Source: a virus (Duplodnaviria > Caudoviricetes). Taken from it: a DNA stretch of 30,097 bases. The notes under the pieces were generated by a model. It searched no databases and was not told where the DNA came from. It was given only the letters and a program-made list of their open reading frames with translations. This document shows, one piece after another, positions 19,310 to 26,440 of the stretch. Where the stretch lies: IMG/VR virus record IMGVR_UViG_3300033487_000236, positions 1-30,097 of that record, one strand, 5' to 3'. Within the stretch, counting starts at the first letter, position 1. Each line of letters opens with the position of its first letter. The translations under genes and the position numbers were made by a program.

Positions 19310-19614
19310 AGCAAGAGAAGGAATACAAGCGGAATTTCCAGCCGATCGAGCAGCGCATCAAGCGCCGGGTTTACCGGATGCCCCACGATCGCGTCCTGGC
19401 GGAGATCCCCAAGGTGGCCGCCCGGGCCGTGCTCCTCTCGCTCAAGATCATCGAGGAAACGAAGCTCCTGGGCCCGAAGGATAAGAAGTCACAGATCGAG
19501 GCCGCGATGTTCATGGTCCGGCAGATGGCGTCGTCTGATTTTATGAAAACGATCGGCCGTCAGCTCGAGAGTCAATCCAAGGCCAGTTTCGATTTCGGTG
19601 AGGCGAAGAAGTGA
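19297..19614 (+). CDS. Putative terminase small subunit
   Basis: 105-aa basic helical protein whose stop overlaps the TerL start (GTGA); positional evidence only. Confidence 0.45.
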   Translation: MEEVKQEKEYKRNFQPIEQRIKRRVYRMPHDRVLAEIPKVAARAVLLSLKIIEETKLLGPKDKKSQIEAAMFMVRQMASSDFMKTIGRQLESQSKASFDFGEAKK

Positions 19615-21008
19615 AGTCCGATTTTGTCCCCCACGAATCACAGCGGAAGATCCATGAGGCGCTCTGGCCGCCGCTCAAGGGCCTGATCGTCATGGCGATA
19701 TGCGGCCGGCGGTTCGGCAAGACCGTCCTGGCCGTGATCGAGATCATCAAGCGGGCCATCGAGATCCCGGGCTCGAGGATCTGGTATCTCGGACCGACCA
19801 AGGATCAAGCCTACCGGATCGCCTGGAGGCTTTTGCTTTACCCCAGGACCGACAAGAACGGGAAAAAGCTGCCGCCCTATCTTCCGCCCTCGGAGATCAA
19901 GAAAACCCGGGAGGACAAGCATTACGTCGAGCTCAAGAACGGGAGCCTGATCGAATTCAACGGCGTGATGGAGGAGCTCCACCTTCTCGGCACGGGGCTA
20001 CATTTTGTCGTGTTCGACGAATTCCCGACGATCAGCTTCTCGGCCTGGGAGGATACCGTCCGGCCGATGCTCTCGGACTTTAACGGGGACGCCTTCTTTA
20101 TCGGCTCGGTGCCGGACCCGAAGATCCATCAGATCACGATCCCGTTCCTGGATATGTATGAACAGATCCTATTCGGTGAGCCTAACGGCTACGCCAGGGC
20201 GTTCAATTTCTCGTCGTTCGACAACCCCTACGTCGATCACAACCGAATGAACCGGGATATCGAGGACCTGAAGCGCAAGGGCCGGGAGAACGACGCGCTC
20301 CGGACCTATTACGGAAAATACAGCCGGGAATTCGGCCTGGTTTTCCCGAAGTTCACCTACGATCAGCACACCGTTGTCCCGTTCGAGATCCCCGGCGATT
20401 GGGCCCGGGCCATGGCCGTCGATCCTCACCCTCAGCGGCCGATCAACGGGCTCTGGATGGCGGTGGATCCCCGCGGCCATAAGTGGTTTTACAGGGAGCG
20501 GGAATTCACGATCGAGGGCCGGCCGATGACCGTGCCGGAGTCGGCGCTCGAGATCATGCGGCTCGAAACCTTCCACAAGGAAAAGATCAAGGTCCGGGTG
20601 ATCGACCCGAGTTTCGCCAAGATCGACCAGAACGTGCTCGGGAGCAAGAGCGTCCACAACCTCTATCGGGAATATGGGATATATTTCCGGGAGGCCAACC
20701 GGGACTTTAACAGCTTCTTCAATATGTTCACGGATATGCTGGTGGATCAGCCGGAGCCCACGGTCCATTTCTTCCGTAATTGCATCGGGACGATCCGGCA
20801 ATTCCAGAATTACACCTGGGACTCCTGGGCCTCTCAGCGGGCCCGGGAGGAGCGGGGCGCCAAGGACCGGCCGAAGAAGGTTGACGACGACTATGTGGAT
20901 TGCGCGAAGATGCTCATCAACTCGGACGTCCGGCCGGAGAATCCCCTGGAATACAAGGCATTTCGTGACCGGCTTAATGAGCGGTGGGAAAAAAGGGAGT
21001 TTTTGTGA
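19611..21008 (+). CDS. terL: Terminase large subunit
   Basis: PHESQ adenine-binding motif, Walker A CGRRFGKT, Walker B FVVFDE, SSFDNPY, nuclease AVDPH and C-terminal DDDYVD; GTG start. Confidence 0.95.
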   Translation: MKSDFVPHESQRKIHEALWPPLKGLIVMAICGRRFGKTVLAVIEIIKRAIEIPGSRIWYLGPTKDQAYRIAWRLLLYPRTDKNGKKLPPYLPPSEIKKTREDKHYVELKNGSLIEFNGVMEELHLLGTGLHFVVFDEFPTISFSAWEDTVRPMLSDFNGDAFFIGSVPDPKIHQITIPFLDMYEQILFGEPNGYARAFNFSSFDNPYVDHNRMNRDIEDLKRKGRENDALRTYYGKYSREFGLVFPKFTYDQHTVVPFEIPGDWARAMAVDPHPQRPINGLWMAVDPRGHKWFYREREFTIEGRPMTVPESALEIMRLETFHKEKIKVRVIDPSFAKIDQNVLGSKSVHNLYREYGIYFREANRDFNSFFNMFTDMLVDQPEPTVHFFRNCIGTIRQFQNYTWDSWASQRAREERGAKDRPKKVDDDYVDCAKMLINSDVRPENPLEYKAFRDRLNERWEKREFL

Positions 21009-21022
21009 CGCGGGAGTGAACA

Positions 21023-22753
21023 ATGAATCATCAAGACATGGAAACCTTCAAGCTCTGGTCGGAACGCTATCGGGCCTCGGAGCTCTACTCACAGCCGTTT
21101 TTCGACAAGGGCAAGGAGAATTATCTCCTCTACAAGAGCTATCAGGAGTCGAACCGCAAGGTTTACCGCCATCAGATTTTCGTCCCCTACTCGTTCGCCT
21201 TCCTCGAGGACATGGCCAGTTATTTCATGCTCTCGGTCCTGGCCTCCCCGATCACCTTCACGCTCATGCCGCGCTACACGGCCGTCAGCCTGGGCCTCTG
21301 CCGGGCCCTGGAGAGCGTCGTCCATTGGGTGCTCACCGACGAGCAATCCGAATTCATCCTGGAGCTCGAGGAGCTCATCAAGAACGCCGGGATCTTCAAC
21401 GCCAGTTACCTCGTAAACTACCCCCTGGTGGCGGAACGGCGCCGCGGCCTGGACTCCGAAACCTTCTTTGACCGCCTCAACCTGGACGCGCCCTGCCCGC
21501 TCGATATCTACGTCGAACCCGATATCAAGCGCCTCTCGAGGATGCGGTGGATCATCAAGAAGTCGAGGGAGGATTATGCGGTCCTGAAGAAGCTCGAGGC
21601 GAAGGGGGAATATCGGAATATCGACGACGCCCGCGGCCGGATCCCCGAGGACGATCCGGTTAAGACGATGCTTGCGGATATCGGCCTGTCCGCCGGCGAG
21701 GGTTACGACGCGGATTCCGACAAGGTGGAGCTCCTGGATTGCTTCTTTGAGGGGAACATCGTGACGATCGGCGGCCGGAGGGCGATCGTCCGGAACACGG
21801 AGGAGAAGGAGCAAAAGCCTTTCCTGTTCGATTTCCCGATCCTGGATTGCCGGTTTACCGGAGCCCCGGGGGAGGCGTTCGGCGTCGGGCTACTCGAGTC
21901 CATGAAGCCTACTCAGCACGACCTGAATGACCTGAGATCTCAGCGCCGGGACAATATCTCCCTGATCCTCAATAAGCTGTTCATCTACGACACCATGGCG
22001 GGCGAGGTGCAGCTCGACTCGCTCTACTCGGCGCCGGGCAACGTGATTGTCACCACGAACCGAAACGCCCTGGACGAATTCCCGGTGTCCGATGTGACCG
22101 GCTCGAGTTACAAGGAGGAGGAAAGCCTGATCTACGATCTCCAGAGCATCACCTCGCTCTGGAATTACTCCCGCGGCTCGACGCCTCAACGGAAGGAAAC
22201 GGCCACCGGGATCATCCGGCTCCAGCAAGCCGCGCAAAGCCGGAACGAGTGGATGATCCGGAAGCTCGATCAATACGTCCTGATGCCGCTCTGCCGGCGG
22301 ATCATGGTCTATGTCCGTGAGTATATGCCCCTGGTGGATTTCCTCGAGATCGTGGGGAAGGACAAGATCAAGGAAGCGGAGGAGTTTTACGCGCTCACGA
22401 CGCTCCAGGTCCAGAAGATGTTTAAGATCCTGCCCATGACGGAGAGCATCGTCAGTCTGAAGGAAATGGACGTCAACCAGTTCCTCCAGGCGTTCGACCG
22501 GCTGATCCAGATGCCGGACGTAAACCGGCCCGGCCTGATCCAGGCGCTCCTGCTCAAGTTAGGGCAGAAGGATATCAAAGATATCCTTCCTGAAATGTCC
22601 CCGGGCGCCCAGGAGGCCATGATGGCCGCCGGAGGGCCCCAAAATGGGCCTGGCGGGCCGCCGATGGCTCCTGGAGGGGGTCGCCCCGGGCCAGGCGGGC
22701 CCCAGGCGCCCCGATCGCCCCAGGGTCCGCCACCCGGACAGGGGGGAAGGTAA
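21023..22753 (+). CDS. Portal protein (P22-like)
   Basis: 576 aa right after TerL; GEAFGVGLLE..Q..LN....QRRDN, APGNVI and ETATGI motifs; G/P/Q-rich disordered tail. Confidence 0.9.
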   Translation: MNHQDMETFKLWSERYRASELYSQPFFDKGKENYLLYKSYQESNRKVYRHQIFVPYSFAFLEDMASYFMLSVLASPITFTLMPRYTAVSLGLCRALESVVHWVLTDEQSEFILELEELIKNAGIFNASYLVNYPLVAERRRGLDSETFFDRLNLDAPCPLDIYVEPDIKRLSRMRWIIKKSREDYAVLKKLEAKGEYRNIDDARGRIPEDDPVKTMLADIGLSAGEGYDADSDKVELLDCFFEGNIVTIGGRRAIVRNTEEKEQKPFLFDFPILDCRFTGAPGEAFGVGLLESMKPTQHDLNDLRSQRRDNISLILNKLFIYDTMAGEVQLDSLYSAPGNVIVTTNRNALDEFPVSDVTGSSYKEEESLIYDLQSITSLWNYSRGSTPQRKETATGIIRLQQAAQSRNEWMIRKLDQYVLMPLCRRIMVYVREYMPLVDFLEIVGKDKIKEAEEFYALTTLQVQKMFKILPMTESIVSLKEMDVNQFLQAFDRLIQMPDVNRPGLIQALLLKLGQKDIKDILPEMSPGAQEAMMAAGGPQNGPGGPPMAPGGGRPGPGGPQAPRSPQGPPPGQGGR

Positions 22754-23083
22754 ATGGCGCTCCTATCGCGTTCCTCACCAGGAATTCAGGATCTCGAAAA
22801 GAGCTTTGAGAAGGCCATGGAGGGGATCCCGACCGGCCAGAACCTCAAGCGGGATCTCCTGCCGGCGGCCCTGAAGATCGCTGAAACAGTCGAAACGGAG
22901 GGGTGGAAAGAGATCATCGAGCCTTTCCTGAATAAGAATGGGGATCCGGCCGCCCTGCTCGGCCGGACCAAGGAAGAATACGAGAAGCTCGAGCCCAGGG
23001 TGAACGCCTACTATCGGTTCCGGCGCCTGATCGAAACGCTGCTCGAGATCGCCCGGGAGTCGTCCAAGGGGAAGATCGACTAG
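22754..23083 (+). CDS. Hypothetical helical protein downstream of portal
   Basis: ATG abuts the portal stop; TEGWKEIIEPFL resembles small post-portal proteins. Confidence 0.7.
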   Translation: MALLSRSSPGIQDLEKSFEKAMEGIPTGQNLKRDLLPAALKIAETVETEGWKEIIEPFLNKNGDPAALLGRTKEEYEKLEPRVNAYYRFRRLIETLLEIARESSKGKID

Positions 23084-23358
23084 TTAGGGCGCCGGGGAAC
23101 GACAAGCCGCGGATCGCGGCCGGGATGCGGGTTGTTCTTCTCCCGCTCCTCCTGATCGACCCGTGCCTTCTCGACGTCGGCCTCGGACACAAACATCGCA
23201 CAGGTCACGATCTCCGACCGGAGGTAGATCGGCTCACCCTTCATGCTCTCGGCCTCGAGGACGCATTTCTTCCCGGACCGGAGTTTCTTGATGAGCTCGG
23301 CGTTGTCCTTCACGATCAGTTTGTTCGGTGTCGCCACCATCAGCAAAACCAAAGGCAT
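23080..23358 (-). CDS. Hypothetical protein (92 aa)
   Basis: AGGAGG SD upstream of ATG 23358 (shorter than the ORF-track call); its stop overlaps the + strand stop. Confidence 0.7.
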   Translation of the reverse strand: MPLVLLMVATPNKLIVKDNAELIKKLRSGKKCVLEAESMKGEPIYLRSEIVTCAMFVSEADVEKARVDQEEREKNNPHPGRDPRLVVPRRPN

Positions 23359-23377
23359 AGAATCCTCCTGATTAAGT

Positions 23378-23392
23378 CCCACCCACCCACCC
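23378..23392 (-). other. Perfect G-quadruplex-forming motif GGGTGGGTGGGTGGG
   Basis: + strand CCCACCCACCCACCC in the intergenic gap just upstream of the SD of 23080-23358. Confidence 0.6.
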
Positions 23393-23460
23393 GACCGTCA
23401 ATACACTAGTTCCCGCACTCGGCCACGGACATTAGCCGGGCCGGTGTTCCTGGACGATAC

Positions 23461-23829
23461 TCAGACTCCGCCGCCGGTTTCCTTCTTAAACTTGAACCAC
23501 CCGTTAGCGAAGCCCCAAACCGCGATCGTATAAACGACAAATTTCAGGACGGTGAAGCCTCCAACCACGGGTGTCGTAACAAGAAAGATTGCCGTAGCGA
23601 CGGCGGAAACCACCAGACTGATAACCCAGGACACGATCGCGCCCTCGACTTTCAGGAACGTCTTGATAAGCTGGACGAGCGCGATCACGCCGAAGCCCAT
23701 GACGCCGGTCATAATGGCCTCGACCACGGAGGGGTCGATCTCCACGGGGTTCCCGACGACCTCCTGGGCTACGGCGAATCCTGTCACCAAGAAAAAGAGA
23801 ACCAGGGCCGCCAAAGCGGCTTTTTTCAT
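23461..23829 (-). CDS. Holin-like multi-TM protein with an N-terminal signal-peptide-like segment
   Basis: MKKAALAALVLFFLVTGFAVA then three hydrophobic helices; VIALVQLIK and WGFANGWF motifs; basic C-terminus; GGAGG SD. Confidence 0.6.
   Translation of the reverse strand: MKKAALAALVLFFLVTGFAVAQEVVGNPVEIDPSVVEAIMTGVMGFGVIALVQLIKTFLKVEGAIVSWVISLVVSAVATAIFLVTTPVVGGFTVLKFVVYTIAVWGFANGWFKFKKETGGGV
23806..23826 (+). terminator. Candidate intrinsic terminator of the + strand late transcript
   Basis: GGCCGC-CAAA-GCGGC-TTTTTT: short GC stem followed by T6. Confidence 0.45.
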
Positions 23830-24236
23830 ATTAAACCTCCTTCCGTCCCGTTCTCGGGCCGGAATAACTTGCCTCGAATATAGCGTTGCACCTCAAAGAG
23901 CTCCTCGCCGGTGAACCCGAAAAGAACCACCACGCCGCCGCGACGTTTAACCCAAACGTAAACGTCGGCGTAACGCAGCTCCCAAGGATATTTCTTCAGC
24001 TCCGCCAGTTTCCTGCCGATCCCGCTGTCCTCGGTGCATTGAAAGAATTGGACTTTCCGGCCGGCCTTGATCGCAACCAGGTCACACCCGAAAATGTCGT
24101 TGCCGACAGTAATCAGCCGGCCCTTGCCGATCATCTTGGCCTTCCGGCCGACGCGATGGACGGCGAACCCTCCGGCCTCGAGCTTCTTCTGGCACCAGAC
24201 CTCGAACGCGGTGCCCTTAGATCTCGTCGAGCTCAT
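23826..24236 (-). CDS. Holliday junction resolvase, Hjc-like PD-(D/E)XK nuclease
   Basis: SKGTAFE...LEAGGF.V...DIFGCDLVAIK...FFQC pattern. Confidence 0.8.
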   Translation of the reverse strand: MSSTRSKGTAFEVWCQKKLEAGGFAVHRVGRKAKMIGKGRLITVGNDIFGCDLVAIKAGRKVQFFQCTEDSGIGRKLAELKKYPWELRYADVYVWVKRRGGVVVLFGFTGEELFEVQRYIRGKLFRPENGTEGGLI

Positions 24237-24633
24237 ACTCGAACCTCACCCTAAACCACATCGGCCCGGAATCCGCCCAAAAGGACTCGAACAGCGAGGC
24301 CGAGGCGGAGGCCGGAGAGAGCTTGATCGGCTGAACATCGACCGAAAGAGTATCACCCTTCTTCATCCTGTGTCCATAGGTATCTTCCCAGGTGGGGACA
24401 AATTGGCCGTCGATCCGCTTGAACCCCGTAACCTCGATGATCCGGCCAGGGCGGTCCGCCCTGTAAATGATATGATGCCCGCTTCCCACCTCGAACGGAC
24501 CGATCATGCCGGTGAGCACCTCGTCCGGGATCCTGGCGGGCGCCGGCGTGGGGACGGGCAGCCCACCCTTGGGGAAGAACATGGAATGGAGAACGGGGAT
24601 CCCCACAAACCCAAAGAATGATCGGCGCTTCAT
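24217..24633 (-). CDS. Hypothetical protein with a twin-arginine-like N-terminus
   Basis: MKRRSFFG; GGAGG SD. Confidence 0.65.
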   Translation of the reverse strand: MKRRSFFGFVGIPVLHSMFFPKGGLPVPTPAPARIPDEVLTGMIGPFEVGSGHHIIYRADRPGRIIEVTGFKRIDGQFVPTWEDTYGHRMKKGDTLSVDVQPIKLSPASASASLFESFWADSGPMWFRVRFEYELDEI

Positions 24634-24676
24634 CTAATCCTCCCACCCGCGGGCGCGCGCTCTCTCGTATTCCTTG

Positions 24677-24751
24677 TCCCTGGCGTCCGGGACCGGTTCC
24701 GCGTGAGGACAGGCCCAACACCGGCACCGATCCGGACAGTCCAGGCAGGGA
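24677..24751 (-). other. Long imperfect inverted repeat in an intergenic gap (possible structured RNA)
   Basis: On the - strand CCTGG..GTCCGGATCGGT pairs with ACCGGTCCCGGAC.CCAGG. Confidence 0.4.
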
Positions 24752-24760
24752 TCCGGAGGC

Positions 24761-25000
24761 TCAGAAGGGGACTTCTTCAGGCTTCTCGTCGTCATTCGCT
24801 TCATTGGCCTTGTGCGTCCGCCAATCGCCGCACTTGTGTTTCCAGACCTCGGCCTGTTCGTCCTTGAACGCCCTCCAGCCCCGCGCCTTGGCCTTCTCCC
24901 AGGTTTCCTTGAACGTCTTTCCCGGGATCCTCAGTTTCGCGTCACAAAAATCGCATTGAAATAGGAATTCGCCTTTCGCCTTGTCCTGCTTGATTGCCAC
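24761..25000 (-). CDS. Small zinc-ribbon-like protein with an acidic ...EEVPF tail
   Basis: FQCDFC...AKARGW...HKCGDW; GTG start with AAGGAG SD. Confidence 0.7.
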   Translation of the reverse strand: MAIKQDKAKGEFLFQCDFCDAKLRIPGKTFKETWEKAKARGWRAFKDEQAEVWKHKCGDWRTHKANEANDDEKPEEVPF

Positions 25001-25001
25001 C

Positions 25002-25247
25002 TTAATCTCCTTTCGACGGCCTGGGGGACGCCATGGCGTCCGGGATATTCTGGACTATCGGTTCATCCCGAGGAGCCTGGCTTTTCTCGGCGCTACTGAT
25101 CGCCAGATACAAGAAACACGCGAGGATAAAAAAGGTCGCACCGATAACCTCGAGGAGGATCCTGGCCCCACGCTTTGCCCCGGAGCTCCACCTTGTCTTG
25201 CTTTTTCTCCAATAATCGCCTTCACCTATATATCTTTTCCTCCCCAA
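25002..25247 (-). CDS. Small single-TM membrane protein
   Basis: TTG start after AGGAGGTG; basic N-terminus then ILLEVIGATFFILACFLYLAI. Confidence 0.65.
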   Translation of the reverse strand: MGRKRYIGEGDYWRKSKTRWSSGAKRGARILLEVIGATFFILACFLYLAISSAEKSQAPRDEPIVQNIPDAMASPRPSKGD

Positions 25248-25251
25248 TGTG

Positions 25252-25359
25252 TCACCTCCTTCCTAATTTATCCCTTCTTCTCTGAAGGACGAGGATCAGG
25301 ATGATCTCCGCGATGAACGCGCCCACCATGATAAGTATGGTCGCGGCCCACGGCTTCAC
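25252..25359 (-). CDS. 35-aa single-TM peptide
   Basis: GTGA overlap with the upstream stop and GGAGG SD; MKPWAATILIMVGAFIAEIILILVLQRRRDKLGRR. Confidence 0.55.
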   Translation of the reverse strand: MKPWAATILIMVGAFIAEIILILVLQRRRDKLGRR

Positions 25360-25550
25360 CAAAACCTCCACCCGTCTTTCTCGTAGAACCGCCACTTGGC
25401 CAGATAGCCGCCGCAATAGATCGAGGTCAGGAACGCGATGAACCGGAGATCCGCGTCCCATCCGGAGAGCTCAGAGATCCCCCAGGACAGGAAAAAGTAG
25501 AACGCCCATAGGGCCAGGAAATTGGCCCACCCGGGAAGCCGCTTAATCAT
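25356..25550 (-). CDS. 64-aa two-TM membrane protein
   Basis: ATGA overlap with the upstream gene; two aromatic-rich hydrophobic helices. Confidence 0.6.
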   Translation of the reverse strand: MIKRLPGWANFLALWAFYFFLSWGISELSGWDADLRFIAFLTSIYCGGYLAKWRFYEKDGWRFW

Positions 25551-25948
25551 TGAGAGGTCCCCGTGAGCTCGATCGGATAGGCGCCGACGAGGCCGTTGTC
25601 GAGCGGGACGACCAGGTTGCATTGGATATTCTGCTGTCCGGGATCCCAGGTATCATCGTTGTCTGTCCACGCGACTTGCATCCCCGAGGGCCCGCCGGCC
25701 ACCGTGAATTTAACCGGCCGATTGAACCCGAGCGACGGAGTGCAGGAGATCGTGAACCCGACATTCTCCCCGGCTTTTACCTGGAGCGCGTCCACGGCGT
25801 TAATCGTGAACGTCCCTTCCTGGGCCACCACGGTCAGGGTGATCGTTTTTTTCTTGACGATCGGCGGCGTCTGAGCCACAAAGAAAACGACCCCAATCAC
25901 CAGGACCAGGGCCAGCCCGGCCGTCACCCATTTCATCCAGGTTTTCAT
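25547..25948 (-). CDS. Membrane-anchored or exported Ig-like beta-sandwich protein
   Basis: N-terminal TM/signal then FTINAVDALQVKAGENVGFTI...GFNRPVKFTVAGGPSG...GAYPIELTGTS, a typical Ig-like strand pattern. Confidence 0.7.
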   Translation of the reverse strand: MKTWMKWVTAGLALVLVIGVVFFVAQTPPIVKKKTITLTVVAQEGTFTINAVDALQVKAGENVGFTISCTPSLGFNRPVKFTVAGGPSGMQVAWTDNDDTWDPGQQNIQCNLVVPLDNGLVGAYPIELTGTSQ

Positions 25949-25951
25949 GGC

Positions 25952-26440
25952 TTATCCCTCCTTGAAAAATTTGTGGGCGAACACGCAGATCTCTCCTCGG
26001 TTCTTCATGCCGAGCTTCTTGTAGAGGCTTTTGATATGGGACCGGACAGTATCCAGGGACAGGAAAAGAGCCTTGGCGATCTTCTCGTTCGTCTGGCCGT
26101 CAGACATGGCCTTGAGGATCCGCAGCTCGGCCGGAGTCGGGAGGACCGTGCCGGCGTTCTCCTCGAACGGCTCGGCCGATGCCTCGACCAGTTCGGTTTT
26201 GGCCGCGGCGATCGCCTTCTTGTGCTTGTAGGCTTCCCGCCAGTAGTCCGCGATCCTCCGCCTCATAATCGGATAGACAAAGGTTTTCGCGGACGATTCG
26301 CCCCGGTAATTATGGAGCGCGGTCCAGATCGAGATCCAGATCGTTGCCTCAACGTCGGCCTGATCCGTGGACGGGATCTGCCGCCCCACCGCCCGGCGAA
26401 TGTATTCACCGAGCTCCGCCTTGACAGCATCGAAATTCAT
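25952..26440 (-). CDS. ECF-type sigma-70 factor: region 2 plus LuxR/GerE-type HTH
   Basis: DQADVEATIWISIW...YRGESSAKTFVYPIMRRRIADYWR (sigma region 2); PTPAELRILKAMSDGQTNEKIAKALFLSLDTVRSHIKSLYKKLG (LuxR HTH). ATG 26440 has a GGAGGTG SD. Confidence 0.88.
   Translation of the reverse strand: MNFDAVKAELGEYIRRAVGRQIPSTDQADVEATIWISIWTALHNYRGESSAKTFVYPIMRRRIADYWREAYKHKKAIAAAKTELVEASAEPFEENAGTVLPTPAELRILKAMSDGQTNEKIAKALFLSLDTVRSHIKSLYKKLGMKNRGEICVFAHKFFKEG

Noticed and set aside
1582-22273. Long - strand ORFs opposite the structural genes (e.g. 1582-3129, 8865-10013, 17051-18268, 20169-21023)
   Set aside because: Antisense shadows of GC3-rich genes; no motifs, and fully overlapped by well-supported + strand CDSs.
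23106-23120. GCCGCG-GAT-CGCGGC hairpin as terminator of the late operon
   Set aside because: No adjacent U tract; such hairpins are common at this GC content.
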